This document shows, piece by piece, positions 50,781-64,000 of a stretch of DNA of 64,000 bases. Each line of letters opens with the position of its first letter. Position 1 is the first letter of the stretch. A model generated the notes under the pieces. The model did not search any database. It had not been told where the DNA came from and was given only the letters and a program-made list of their open reading frames with translations. A program made the position numbers and the translations under genes. This DNA is from Octopus bimaculoides (lineage: Eukaryota): NCBI RefSeq assembly GCF_001194135.2, contig NC_068983.1, positions 14,200,251 to 14,264,250 of the forward strand, read 5' to 3'.

Positions 50781-51278
50781 GAGATTATTGAGTGGAGATC
50801 CTACTGGAAATAAGTTTTCGGAAAATTCAGCATGACTAATGAACTGTAAATATAGGGCTGACTATTTTGACAAACGATATATGCAGTTTTTATAAAAACG
50901 AAACTTGATAAAAACAAAATACCATACAATACTTATAAGCAGTAAAACAAAAGAAAAACAACAGCTAATGAGGAGATTGAAATGTAAACACGTATCTAAC
51001 AAACGTAATATAAGCCAATCAGATATATAGAAGGTGAAGCAAGTTCAAAAAAAGACTTAGTCAAAAGAACCAGCCCATTGCGATCGATGTAAAAGAAAAT
51101 ACGGACTTATTACCCCAAGTGGCATGAAAATCAAATTTCAGTAAAGAAATCCATTTGAAATTTAAAGAATATTCTTCTTAAGATGTGTTGAGTTTTCTCT
51201 GCCAAATGTGTTAGAAAAAGATCACCACTTGGATACATCATTGTGTGTGAGTGTAGGCACACAAATACACACACACAC

Positions 51279-51348
<70 letters not shown>

Positions 51349-51789
51349 ACACACATCACATGATAATGATTATGGTTCAATCCCACATCACGTAACCTTG
51401 TTCAAGTTCCGTTTACTGTACCCCCAGTCGCTCTATAGCCGTGTGAATTAAATTTAATAGACCAAACTGTCTTCAAAAGCGAGATATGATAGGATAAAAT
51501 AAATAACAACAAAGTTTCCTTTGAAGCATATCTATACAGTCAATCTCTTTAGAGAAATTAATTGCACCATAGCATAAAGATCACAAATCTATAGAAATCA
51601 TGGTTTTCCCAAGAGAGCTTTAAAAACGTTAAATAGAACCTGTGTGTGAATATAATTGTGAGTTATGTCAAGGTTTGAACGAAATTAGATTCTCTGTAAA
51701 ATTCATTTCTTGTCAATAATCTATTTCTTCTGTGCATACAAGCATACACGCATGCGTACATACACATATACATACAATCTAAACCATCA

Positions 51790-52060
51790 CAAGAACTGTG
51801 CAAAACTTTCCAGAAGTTTACCATTTAAATATATTTGCGTATGTCTAGACATACAAATATATGCATCAAAATACGTACATAAAACAAAATACACAAATCT
51901 GCTCATGCACGGACGACTTAAATTCCGCAGATATGCATACATACATGCAAAAATACCTTTCGATGTTGAAATTCCAGTTAAAAATCCTTCGATCTAGGTT
52001 GGAAACCGCCTCTTTCTCTATTGGGAAGAAATCTTGAAATAAAACTGAATAATGACATTA
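51790..52060 (+). repeat. Dispersed repeat family F, copy 2
   Basis: Homologous to ~2985-3215. Confidence 0.7.
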
Positions 52061-52140
52061 GGGGTGGCATGTGAAACTGTTAATCCATAGCTGTTTCGAA
52101 CCCTCTCCATCGTTCCCTCCCTATTTTCTTTCCTCATTTT

Positions 52141-52178
52141 TTTTTCTGTCGAAGAGTGTAGGCTCGAAATGTCAAAAA
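52141..52178 (+). ncRNA. Minimal hammerhead with variant core CTGTCGA
   Basis: ttttt CTGTCGA a gagt gtag gctc GAAAT GTC | aaaaa; ACGT palindrome decayed to ATGT; homolog at 6551-6586. Confidence 0.55.
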
Positions 52179-52285
52179 CATTTCCATGTTTCCTCAGTGT
52201 CAAACTAATACACCTTGTTTGTTGATCTATCACCTGTCTCAGTCTTTTGGTTTCTGTATATTTGTACCATACACGCATACATACA

Positions 52286-52318
<33 letters not shown>

Positions 52319-53454
52319 TCGTTTGTGTCTGAACTATGTAATATACTGCATTGTAAACACTTCAATCATCTGAACTAATCTAATCATTCAGCAATAAAAG
52401 TACGTTCTGCGTCATTCAGTTCATCATGCATCGATCTGCTATTGTATGTGCAAACTTAGCAATTTTTTATGGGGAGTCGATCAGTTGTCCGTGTATGCAA
52501 ATCTCTTCTTTCCGCACTACCAATATCTTTTCAAAAGTGAGCCCGTAGATACAGGCTGACCCACCTCATCACGACTGTCATTGTAGCTACCGCTCACAGA
52601 AGACAATGAGCCAGTACAGACAGCGCAAGACATTTCGGCCAACTCTGATACAACTCAGTTGTTATTCGTTTAGCGACCTCGAATTGTCGGTAAATAATAC
52701 CTCGTTCGGTAACAGATGTGGGTAGTGAGAGGAAGAGCATCCGACCGTAGAAATCTGTCTGAAAGTATTACGTTTGAGCCATGCAAGCATAGGAATATGG
52801 AGTTTAAACGATAATTGTAATGATGATGATAATAAATGATGACAATCATATTTCTGTATGTGTTGGTGCATATGTGTTTGTGCGTGGGTGTACGCGAATT
52901 CTTTCAAATCTCCCCACACATAAAATCTATCTGTTTGTGTATGAATTTGCATTCGTGATCGCTTTTTCTTTTGCTGTTTTAAAATGTAATCCCATTCTGA
53001 ATTCCCGAACGATTAAATGGAAATACAAAACATTTTGATTAATTAAATAGTTAATGAGCATTTAGATTACAATTTAACTAGTGTGATTTCAAATACGATT
53101 ACACATGTGTAACATTTATAATATTTATAGACATGCAAGATGAAGATTAATACTGTTTGGAAATACTGTTCGTCTGCAGCCGTCGTTCAGCTAATGTACA
53201 TTTATTGCTCGCATATATTTATGGAAATGCAAATAAATGGAAATAAATATTTGGCTTCAGGGTTTTTCCTTTCGTTTAATGCATACATGTTTCACATATC
53301 ATAAATCTGAAGTCGTATGAAATGTTTACTGAGATAGGAAAAGCGTAGATATTCCTTATAATTTTTATTATCTATACCATGCTTATCTACGTTATTGATT
53401 GACAAGTACATGAGGTAATTCTATGAGGTTATGTTATCTGCTAGAAATACTTGG

Positions 53455-53890
53455 AAAAAGTCCGAAATTTTGGGAGAGGGGGGCAGTCGATTAGATCGAC
53501 CCCAGAACATAAGTGGTACTTAATTTATTGACCCCGAAAGGATGGAAGGCAAAGACGACGTCGGTGGAATTTGAACTCAGATCGTAAAAACAGACGAAAT
53601 TCCACTAAGCATTTCGCCCGAAGTGCTAACGTTTCTACCAGCTCACCGTCTCTAAGCACACGTTAATGTTGTTTAAGAAAACCGTGTATATTGGATTATG
53701 AAATCTAGAGTGGGGGTTAATCGATTGTATTGAACCTAAGAATTAACAGGGATTTTATTTTGTAGCCATCGAATAGGATGAAATGTAATATTGATCTTCG
53801 CGGGATTTGAACGCAGAGCAAACAGAGCCAGAAGAAATACTTCAAATCATATTGCTCGACGCTCTAACAGTTTCACCGGTCCGTTACGCT
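53455..53890 (-). mobile_element. Two tandem SINE family A copies
   Basis: ~53455-53650 conserved, ~53710-53890 degenerate. Confidence 0.7.
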
Positions 53891-54427
53891 TAGGGCGAAT
53901 TTAATGCAGACATTTAAAATTATTCGTGTTGAATAGTAAAGAAAAGGGAATAGACGTCAAGTTTCTGTCAATTTATCCTTCAGCGCCGTAATTCAAAAAG
54001 CTCAAGGCCAAACACTTGCAAATGGCGACATCTACGCCTATAAGAGTGGTTGCCCTCTCATGGTCTGCTTTATGGTAGCTATATCAAAATAAGAAATTCA
54101 AATGAACTTAGATCTATGTTAAAACCAAAGAGAGGGAAAAAGAAGTTTTTGCAGAGAATATTGCGTATACAGGAATCCTGTAAATGTGTCGTTGATCTGG
54201 AATATTCTACAAATAAAATATTCTCATACAACAAATTTTCTCATCTTATACAATGTTAATGTAAGAACAAACAACAACAATCACATTGAAACGGCGTCAT
54301 AGATATAGAATAATTAATGAGTTGAAAAATGCTGTGGATCATAATTTTCTATTGTTTTCTTATGGAAATTTCTAATATGGTGTCAATTACCTCTTTGGAA
54401 TGGTAGAAGTTTAAATTTGGTGAACAT

Positions 54428-54564
54428 AGGCGCAAAAATTGGCTGTGTAGTTAAGAAGCTCGTTTTGCAGGCACGTGGTTTCGGTTTCAGTTTCATTGCG
54501 TGTCTCCTTCTATCGCATCGGACCGTGAGTGAATTTTGGTTTACGGAAACTGTATGGAAGCTCG

Positions 54565-54637
<73 letters not shown>

Positions 54638-54850
54638 GTGTGTATGTTTGTGTTAGTGTTTGTTCCCCACACCTACCGCTTGACAACTTGTGTTCGATTC
54701 TTTGCATATGCAGTGAAGTAGCGGTTCGGTAAAAGGAGAAGATAAGTAATAGGGTTTTTAAAAAATACGTAAGCCTTGGGACTTATCAGAACCCCCCCCA
54801 CCCCTCAAGTCAGCGCGCCAGCATGCGTGTCTGCAGTCTAATGACTGGCA
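54428..54850 (+). mobile_element. SINE family B with expanded internal (TA)n
   Basis: aggcgcaaaaattggctgtgtagttaagaagc...gcttgacaac...ccagcatgcgtgtctgcagtctaatgactg. Confidence 0.7.
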
Positions 54851-55090
54851 CAGTGTCAAGCTGACAGCAAAACTCGCGGCAATTCAGCGTCACTATACAA
54901 ACAAGATCGCTACAGTCTAGCAGATGAACTACAGGGACCGACTGAAGGCACTAAGTCTCTACTCCTTGGAGCACAGGCGGGAAAGATATGTAATAATTTA
55001 CATATGGAAAATACTGGAAGGACTGGTACCAAATGTTGGTATCACGTACTATACAAATGCCCGCACAGGTCGACACTGCATAATACAATT
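54850..55090 (+). mobile_element. CR1-clade LINE, C-terminal ORF2 fragment
   Basis: KLAAIQRHYTNKI...NYRDRLKALSLYSLEHRRERYVIIYIWKILEGLVPN is the CR1 3' signature (Y.ERL..L.LYSLERRR). Confidence 0.8.
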
Positions 55091-55116
55091 TTGTCCGGCG
55101 TGCTAAAGATTCTTAA

Positions 55117-55346
55117 TTCTTTATTGCCCACAAGGGGCTACACACAGAGGGGACAAACAAGGACAGAGAAACGGATTAAGTCGATATCATCGACCCCAGT
55201 GCGTATCTGGTACTTATTTAATCGACCCCGAAAGGATGAAAGGCAAAGTCGACCTCGGCGGAATTTGAACTCAGAACGTAGCGGCAGACGAAATACGGCT
55301 AAGCATTTCGCCCGGCGTGCTAAAGTTTCTGCCAGCTCACCGCCTT
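55117..55346 (-). mobile_element. SINE family A, near-identical to 127-358
   Basis: Same tail cccacaaggggctacacacagaggggacaaacaagg. Confidence 0.9.
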
Positions 55347-55444
55347 GCTAAAGATTCTACCAACGTGCTGCTTCAGCCCTCTAAAGATTCTGCCAGCTCG
55401 CTACCTTAGCCTTTTAATAAATTAAACATTAAATGTTACTGAAT

Positions 55445-55745
55445 AACTGGTACTCCGTCAGTTACGACGACGAGGGTCCCAGTTCAATGGAACAACAATT
55501 AACGTGCAAGTGGCTGAGCATTCCACAGACACATGTACCCTTAATGTAGCACTGAAGGTGATTCAGGGTGACACAAAGTGTGATAAGGCTGGCTCTTCGA
55601 AATACAGGTACTATCCATTTTTGCCAGATGAGTGGACTGGAGCAACGTGAAATAAAGTGCCTTCTTCAAGGACACAAGGGGTCTCCGGGAATTGAAATCA
55701 CGACCTTACAATCGTGGGAACAATATCGTAACCACTAAGCCACGT
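55445..55745 (-). mobile_element. SINE family C, long-tail form
   Basis: Reverse-complement homolog of 4886-5270 with internal deletions. Confidence 0.75.
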
Positions 55746-55959
55746 GATACTGAATAAGTAACGGAATTATAACTGTTTTTATTTCATTTTAAACACAGTT
55801 GTAGTATTCCTGAATTATAAAGATTCTGGTCGCAACAACTAAAGTTCCTGTGGATTCATTGAGAGAAACATAATTTCTGACTGACGGTAAATAAACACAT
55901 GTTGAACACAGGGCAGAAGCTAGCAACGCAGTGAGGTGACTGAATCGATAGCACTTTGA

Positions 55960-56235
55960 ACCAAATGGTCAGTGACATTTTTTCTAATCCTTTACGTTCT
56001 GAGTTCTGATCCAGCCGATGTCAACCTTACCTTCCATCCCGTCTCACTTTTTCTTTTATGTAAAGCATAATCGCATTGGAGTTAATGCAATTGACCTGCC
56101 CCTCCCCTCAAAATTGCTAGCATTGAACACTGCAACGGGATGGCCTCCCTTTCAAGGAGCTGAAATCTCGGTCACTTAAACGCCGTGGAAACCGGGTAAC
56201 CGGTTTCAATGGCCCTTGGCCACACACAAGAACGA
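55960..56235 (+). mobile_element. Degenerate SINE family A plus a family-C-type tail fragment
   Basis: tttacgttctgagttctgat...ccccctcaaaattgct; gtggaaaccgggtaacc. Confidence 0.5.
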
Positions 56236-56773
56236 AAACAAATTATAAGTTTGTAAATCGCAGCAAAATTGAGTTGACACTAACAGTTCCGTGACAAAGA
56301 TGCACAAGAATGTACAAATGTTATGCTATGAATCACATCGTTATTTCTTTCCAGCTATTCTTTTAGGTTGCCAAAGCTATCGATGTTTTTCACTCAACAA
56401 CTATATATGTGTAAGTCACGTCCGCAAAGGAGGTCCAATAAGACCGGAACATGTTGGAATTTGTCAGCGTATATGGCAGAAATCGAACCCACAGTCCGTG
56501 GTGTAGTCTTTTCCAATTTTTAATTACTCTTAATTTGTCTAAGTTCCAGAGTAGTAACCCCTTTATTTTCAAGAGTAGAATTAACCATTAAGCTATTGAA
56601 CTTTTCTACTAACTATGAATATTATTTAAATCAATTAAACATTTTTTTTGCCACTTCCTTAAATATATTGCCGACTACTCATTTAAAATACTGATATGAT
56701 GGTTTAATTAAAACAAGTTTAAAATACCATATCACAACTATTTGGTATCACACAGTAGAATGGATATGTTATG

Positions 56774-56839
<66 letters not shown>

Positions 56840-57600
56840 ATATTTGTATATTTATGTGTGTGTGTATATATATAAGATGAGCAATAAAGATACCTACAGA
56901 AATATATTTATTCTAATTTATCTTCGAATTGGTTCACGTCTATTTAGATAATAATTTTATAAGATTGATTGTCACGTTAGCTTTAATTACATCATTTAAA
57001 TTCAGCAAGTAAATCAATTTCCTGAAATTGCTAAAAGTCGTAGCTTCCTGATATCTTTCGTAATTCTTCTCCTAAACAATCGCCATAAAATCTCGTTTGA
57101 ATTTTAAATATACAATTATTAAGACCGACTCATTCATTTCTAGCTAGCAATCAAGAAATCAACCAAACTTAGTGGTTTTCTTTCTGTTTCTAACATCCAT
57201 CCATCTCTACACACACACGCACACGCACACAATCGTAGTAGACTCAGGCAATAGATGATGCAATACGACGAATTAATACGCATCTTGCAATGTTCATGTT
57301 TTTCTAGTTATTGCACACGCAAGCACACAAGCATATTTATATGAGTATCACAAACACATACACACTTGCACGCACAACACTTACATACACACGCACAACA
57401 CTTACATACACACGCACACAAAGAATCGCACAGAAACACACACTTGAGAAAAATAACAACTGTGTTGCGTTACGAGTGGTATTATAAAAAGTATTACAGT
57501 GGTGAAGCAAGGAAATTTACAGGAAAAATGAAAACACGGTGTCGACGGAAGTGCACAAGTCTGATCTCGTCCTCAGTTTCCAATTAGAAATGATTGTCTA

Positions 57601-58285
57601 AGGTATTCAGTGGACACTGATGAACAAGCTGGAGGACTTGGACTACGTAAATGATCTCGCCCTACTGTCACATTGCCTGCAAGACATGCAAGATAAGGCA
57701 GACCACCTGAGAGAAACTTCCCAGCGAGTAGGCTTGAGGATCAGCCAGGAAAAGACAAAAGTGCTGCGTATCAGCAGGCAGGAGGAGCCAATTACAATCG
57801 AAGGGGCAGCTGTAGAGGAGGTTAGTGAGTTTGTCTATCCTGGAAGCGAGATCAGCAAACTAGGTGGATCAGACGAGGACATCACTGCAAGAAGCAAGAA
57901 GGCTTGGCAAGCCTTCGCTATTCTTCGGCCGGTATTGAAGTCCACTGCCATCTCAACTTGAACTAAACTCCGCTTACTTAGTTCAAACGTAAAATCTGTG
58001 CTTTTGTATGGCTCTGAAACATGGAGAGCCACCTGCAGCAACTACATGAAGATCCAGACCTTCATCAACAAACGTCTCCGGCAGATCTTCCATCTGAAGT
58101 GGTTCGACAGAGCGCCAAACACCGATCTGTGGGAAAGGGCCAACCAGGAGTTCATACATGTTCAGATTAGACGAAGGAAATGGAGATGGATCGGACACAC
58201 ACTGCGGAAAGAACCCTCAAATGTGACACGACAAGCACTTGACTGGAACCCGTAGGGGAAAAGGAAGCGAGGACGCCCGAAGTAG
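57601..58285 (+). mobile_element. RTE-clade LINE, 3' half of RT region (stop codons present)
   Basis: GIQWTLMNKLEDLDYVNDLALL...KSVLLYGSETW...RRKWRWIGHTLRK...QALDWNP*GKRKRGRPK; stops at 57959-57961 and 58253-58255. Confidence 0.9.
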
Positions 58286-58600
58286 ACATGTAAGTGTGTA
58301 TATTTATATGCAAGGAAAATACGAACCACTGCAGGAATGTACCCTTTCTAACGCATGAAATATGTGTGTGTATATGTGTGCCTATATATATGTACGTGCA
58401 TGTATATGTATGTATTTCTCCTTTTATGTGCCTTTTCATTTCTAAAAAAACTGTACCCTCTCAAATTCCATTTTTACTTCGATTCTACTATTATTTCTCT
58501 TTCTCTTTTTTGATGTCTTCTCTAATAACAATATTGTACTACACCTACTAATAACTGATTCTGTTATAAGTGTGTACATGCATATATGCATGAATGTGTG

Positions 58601-58648
<48 letters not shown>

Positions 58649-58724
58649 TAAATTAGCCCTCTGAACTACTTAGACTATCTTATAAACTCCCTGACGAAGC
58701 CTATATATATATATATATATATAT

Positions 58725-58776
<52 letters not shown>

Positions 58777-58994
58777 ATGTATATATATATATATATATAT
58801 GTATATTATTGTATATATATGTATATATAAGTATATATGTGATAGTGTGTGTTTATAGGTGCCAGTAAGTAATCTCTCTCTCTTTATATAAATATATATA
58901 TATATATATATATGTCAAGAGAGAGAAAATGATAGATATGCACACATACATATGTATAAGCACACATGCATTCATCTATATAATTTGTGTTTGT

Positions 58995-59071
<77 letters not shown>

Positions 59072-61519
59072 ATCTATCTACCAATCTATATTATACACAC
59101 ACAAACACATGTATGTATCTCAAATATGGAATAAATAATGAATGCACACTCAAATAGTCACATGAGCACAAAAGTATTCGCATTTTTGCTCAGAGATAAA
59201 ATGTCTTATGAAAAACATTCATGCATATGAATTTTTTTCTGTACGGAATTGTATTATTTTTCCAGCTTTGTAAACATTGATGCGAGGAAATGTAAGCGCT
59301 CTAGCTAGCCTAAAGTGAAAGCAATATTTCGTGTTGAATATTATCTGGCAAATCTAATGCATATTATTTATGCTTTAAATTCGGCTACCGGAGCCACTTG
59401 CATACTTCACTTAATTCAAGCAATGTTCCAAATAAGATGGCAAACATTTGAACTGTCTGAAATTGCTTTAAGGGTCTTAAGCTATGTTTTACGACTTCGG
59501 GCCATTTGTTAGCAGAAGAAAAACACACACAAAAAAAAAAAATATGACTAAATTATTGGGTTATAAGAAGGATCATGTGTCATTTAATTATGATATGCCA
59601 CGCTTATACTTCTCTACTCAAGATATTCGCTTCTTCAATCATTGAATGATTCACAACAGAAAGAAAGAAAAAACTCGTAAAAATCAAAACCAAGTGGAAA
59701 AACCAAAAAGAAACGAAGCAAAAATCAATATTATCACTGTTTCGCATAACTTTCTATCGATGTGGATGTTAAGTAATTATTGGAACTTTCAGCATAACCA
59801 AAACCAAATCCGTTTTTGATTTAAAATTTAAATTTGATAATTTGTTCAATGGGAAAGGTAAACGTTGGAACTAAAGTGAAACAAAACAAAATTATAATTA
59901 GATTCAGCATTTTTATATTCATTTAGTTTGGCATTTTTTAAATATTTTAAAATCTGTATTTAGAAGTTAGTATTCACCAATAAAACAACATTTTTTTTCT
60001 CCCTAAACTTAAAAGCAACATATTACTGACCGAATCTTTTCTGGTTTATAATTAAAGTGCAACCCGTTTATTTGCTGGCGATATCAGAATAGAAACAAAG
60101 GTCACATCTGAAATATTGCCGTTCAGCTTTTGAACTCCATACATTTTCAAATATCTTGTTTTGTTAATTTTACTTTTCATATGATATTTAATGCATTCTC
60201 TCTCGTTGTTTTCCCCTCTTTCCTTTCACTATGTCTCCGGCACACGTTGTTTTTTTTTTATATATACTTTTTTATTTGTTCATTATTTTTCCTTTATTCT
60301 CTGTCGATTGGTGGTTCGCAAAGTTTATGTCAGGATTAATTTGATATTTATGCATAATTTTTCCCCTCGGTAATCTTTAACATCACTGTTATTGTTTGGC
60401 TAGAATGGATAAAAAGACAAAGATATAAATAAAACTCTATCAGATAAATATCCTTGTCCAGCCATGCTAGCTGTAATTACTTTCAAGTTGATATATGATC
60501 AATGATAAACAGAGTTAATTCCTGTTTCGATAATTAAACGATTACATTTAAATCATTATATACACAATAGAAAACACACACATACACAAAAATAAATAAA
60601 TAAGAAAAGAAAGTGATCTAAGGGAAATAACTCAATAAGCCGTATAGATTGAGATAAATCAAATACATACTGCAAAATAAAATGACGTACGCTAAAAATC
60701 TTTATCAATTAAAATTTTCCACTTATTTGGAGAAAGAAAATAAATATGCGGTATTCTTCAGCGATTTACAAAGAAAGTGGGAAATAATTTCAATGAATTA
60801 AGGATTGAATTAAAAAGTTTAAAATAGCTTCTCATATTTAAGGAAAAATCTGATGTTTGTTACTGATTACAGAAGAGAAGCAGATACGTTTCGGAATTGT
60901 TGCATCTCGTCAGTAAATCCTACGTCACGCATCTGTCTGATCCAGTGCACACAAGTTTTGACATGTACAAGAAGGACACGAACAATGTTCAGCCGCAGGA
61001 ATTTAATAAAATAACTATAATGAATTAAAGGTACTTTAGTTGGAGAAAATACCCCTAGCGGTATTTATTTGCTATTCATTAAAAAAGGGGAAATAATTTG
61101 AATAAAGGAAGATTTAATAGAAAAGAATAAGACTCACACTTAAGGGAACAGCTTCCCTAGTTACTGGGAGACTAACAGTAATGGACGTGATCGGTCTTCC
61201 ATGTTATCAAGTGGCAAAACCTGCCAGCCAATCAAGTAAGCAACCAAAGAACCACGCAATCAACTCAACCACCAAAGACCAACCAACCAACCAACCAACC
61301 AGCCAAATAGTCAACTAACAAACTAACAATGCCTGCTGGGCGCCAGCCGGGAAGCAGTTTGACTGAATGACAAGATTATAAAGGTACTTCTACGTAGTTG
61401 CTGGCCCTACTTGATATAGCAGCCAAATCTCTCTGAAATCACACTATACTTACTTTAACAAGATTTTATCGCTGACCAACTGGATAATGTTGCGCGGAAT
61501 ATAGTATATTCAAAGAAAC

Positions 61520-61625
61520 GGTAAGGGGCAAGCTGGTAGAATCGTCAGCATTCCGAGTTCAAGTTCCGTCGAGACCTTCATGCTTTCGGGGTCGATAAAA
61601 TAAGCGCCATTTAAGCACTGGGGAC
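61520..61625 (+). mobile_element. SINE family A, internally deleted
   Basis: gcaagctggtagaatcgtcagcattccgagttcaagttccg...ggggtcgataaaataag. Confidence 0.6.
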
Positions 61626-62419
61626 AAATCACAAGAAAGCGGAATACTCAGAGCAAGAATATTACTGATGATGGTTCTGTTAGACCAGAGATGGCCTTTG
61701 TCTAAAGACGAACAAGAACAAGAACAACAACAGCAGTAAGAACGATCATAGAGCAACTCTACCAAGAAACAAACCTCAATATCAGTTTATTTGCCATTAA
61801 ATAAGCCTCTCCAAGTAACCCAACATGCTTTTGAAGGATGGAAACCTTGTTATGCTTACATAAACACTTAGAAACAGCAGCGAAATCCTCATCGAATTAC
61901 ATCATATGGCGAACAGGTTCCTTCGTAAGCTAGCATTACTTTAAGTTATATCCACATTGAATAGCATATATCAAAATCAAACAACTATAGTGTTGTCATA
62001 TAACTATTGTCCAGTAAATGCGGTACACATTATAGTTCCATTGCAGGGGTGTAAGCAAGATAAACAATAGTTAGCGAGTTCCGTACGCAATTAAAGTCAT
62101 TCATTATATTACTGTTGCTGACGCGATGTAATTCCAGATCAACCTTAACCAAGAAGATTGTGATCAAGTGTTCCATCTATACATTAATCATACCAATTTT
62201 TTCGGATGCAGTTACAAAGATTGAATCATCCAAAGTTTTACTTCCATTTTTAAGATGACGGATCGTGATGTGGTTTCAAAGAGAATTGATTGCTATTTCT
62301 ACCAAGTAGAGTGAATGCATAGATCCTTCTGTTGTACTTCCATAGATTGTTATTCAATGATGTTTTGCAATAAGACTGGCGGAACTCATTACATCCACTA
62401 CAGATTTTGAAATCAGTAT

Positions 62420-62760
62420 CCAAATAGTAATGTTAACTTGACTCTATGAGTACAAATCAAGCACGTTAGATGATGAAAGTACGAAAAATATCATAGCATT
62501 TGAAATGGAGTATTACATGTAGGCGCTTCACATCTCATATACTGAACGTCAAACAAATACGAATGATGGAAATAGAGTTGTTGAGAACACTGTGAGCAAC
62601 TAAAGTATTCAGTCAGTAGTTAAAAAGAAATGTTTCTCTCGTGTTAGAAAGATACCATGACGCTATTTCTCGCATGGAAAACATACTCGGTAAGGGATAT
62701 ATCCGAACACAATAAAGAAGAGGTTAGGCAATATAGTATGAACATGGGGGTTAGTTAATG
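62420..62760 (+). mobile_element. Decayed RTE-type LINE fragment
   Basis: IIAFEMEYYM*ALHISYTERQTN (cf. AFEMWCYRRML.ISWT.R.TN). Confidence 0.45.
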
Positions 62761-63086
62761 ACCATGGTAAAGGAAGGAAGCGGACTGCGTCTCTTGCTAT
62801 TCAATTTCAGTCGTAGTTATACAACAATGCAGACATAAATACACAAGTACATACATACATACGCATATACATACGCACACACACATACAAGTGCGCACAC
62901 GCTCATACATATATTTGATTACAGGATAATACTTGGTAATTCTACTTCTATCTCACTACCTATAAAAGTAAATTGCTTTTTGTTTGAGTTGGCTAACGTC
63001 TGAAAATACAAGTAAGCATGTAAGTAATATATATATAAATGTATGCATGTGTTTGCATATATATACATACATATACATACACAGAG

Positions 63087-63151
<65 letters not shown>

Positions 63152-63358
63152 TACAGGGTTGGCCACAAGTCACCTGACAGTAATTCTGTTTTGATTCGAA
63201 TGGAAAAATGTGTCGCTCAAGAAGGACTCCAGTTGGACACAATTTTCATATTTCATATTTAGATGCTTTTATTAAATTAATTCAGTTGTCAAACATAAAT
63301 AAATTTTAGAATTAAATGGTTTTGATTTACTCTCAGGTGACTTTTGACCAACCCTGTA
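63152..63358. mobile_element. Tc1/mariner-type MITE (second family), TA at both ends
   Basis: TA-cagggttggccacaagtcacctga ... tcaggtgacttttgaccaaccctg-TA. Confidence 0.8.
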
Positions 63359-63884
63359 TACACACACGCACACAAACACTTTTGTATATAAATATATGAA
63401 AAGAGACATCGGTATTGCATCTCTCTATTCTTATGGAACTAATGAACCATTCTACATATTGACAATTAGTGTGGTGTTAAGATCGGCCATGCTTAAATAA
63501 CCCGAGCTGATGCAGTATGACAACTCCCAGAGGTGTTTCCTGAATTTATCTATTCGATGGTAATAATGACTTCGTCTATATTAGGATTATTATCCATTTC
63601 CTTAATAAAATAGTTCTATGGAACATCTTCCATGGCATTCTTATCTATTGTCGATGAGTTGTGAAAAATAAAATAATAAAAAGACACGTCTGAAACGCTC
63701 TGTTCTTCGTTTCAAAACGACTTAGTATCACTGATGATGGTGAATCCAGCCTTAAAATTGAGTAAGTTGTATTTTATTCCAACTTTTACTAAGCTAGAAA
63801 TTTTTGGAGGTGTCCTTTTTGTCAAAGGTAAGTTAAATATCTGTAGGTATGCTTGACAGCCACAGAGGAGATACGCGGCTTAGA

Positions 63885-63980
63885 AATTAAAGGCGTTGCA
63901 CACATGATTGTGAGATTGTGATTTCTATTCCTAGACATTTCACGTTGCTCCAGTCCACGCAGGTGGCAAAATTGAGTACT
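63885..63980 (+). mobile_element. SINE family C fragment
   Basis: atttcacgttgctccagtccacgcaggtggcaaaattgagtac. Confidence 0.55.
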
Positions 63981-64000
63981 TCTACGACGGTCCGGCGTCC

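Noticed and set aside
56187-56206. GAAACCGG-GTAA-CCGGTTTC hairpin
   Set aside because: Lies in the SINE tail also seen at ~21640; explained by the repeat plus local mutation.
56367-56416. Candidate plus-strand exon ending in GTAAGT (VAKAIDVFHSTTIY)
   Set aside because: Short, unrecognised peptide that cannot be linked to a gene.
57369-57418. Two tandem 21-bp units
   Set aside because: CA-rich local duplication; not a CRISPR-like or otherwise informative array.
60880-60920. CTGACGA...GAAACGTA on minus strand; similar relics at 1618-1642, ~14110-14150, ~56422-56463, 61667-61695, 63731-63750
   Set aside because: Stems I or II do not pair, or core nucleotides are missing; kept only as possible fossils, not called as ribozymes.

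Overview
AT-rich, microsatellite-dense eukaryotic DNA from a gapped draft assembly: 14 N-runs, almost all abutting (TA)n/(CA)n/(GA)n tracts. The repeat landscape (several tRNA-derived SINE families, RTE, CR1, Penelope, R4/Dong-like LINE and mariner MITE remnants) resembles an Octopus genome; that assignment is inference. I could not support any intact protein-coding gene. Nearly all ORFs in the track are microsatellite or N-gap artefacts, or decayed retroelement fragments. The main unexplained signal is a set of minimal type-I hammerhead-ribozyme (HHR) motifs from at least six unrelated sequence families. One family is a tRNA-headed SINE-like element that carries an HHR and, in both copies, an inverted copy of its own 3' tail. 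Others have variant catalytic cores (CCGACGA, CTGTCGA, CCAATGA), and one lies downstream of a Penelope GIY-YIG fragment. Other notable items: a palindromic ETS/AP-1/ETS element at 40790-40810 with divergent candidate first exons, and two R4/Dong-like RLE retrotransposon pieces bounded by (TAA)n tracts that sandwich perfect 54-bp and 26-bp fold-back palindromes. All structures were folded by eye. Family names and repeat boundaries are approximate and need database confirmation.
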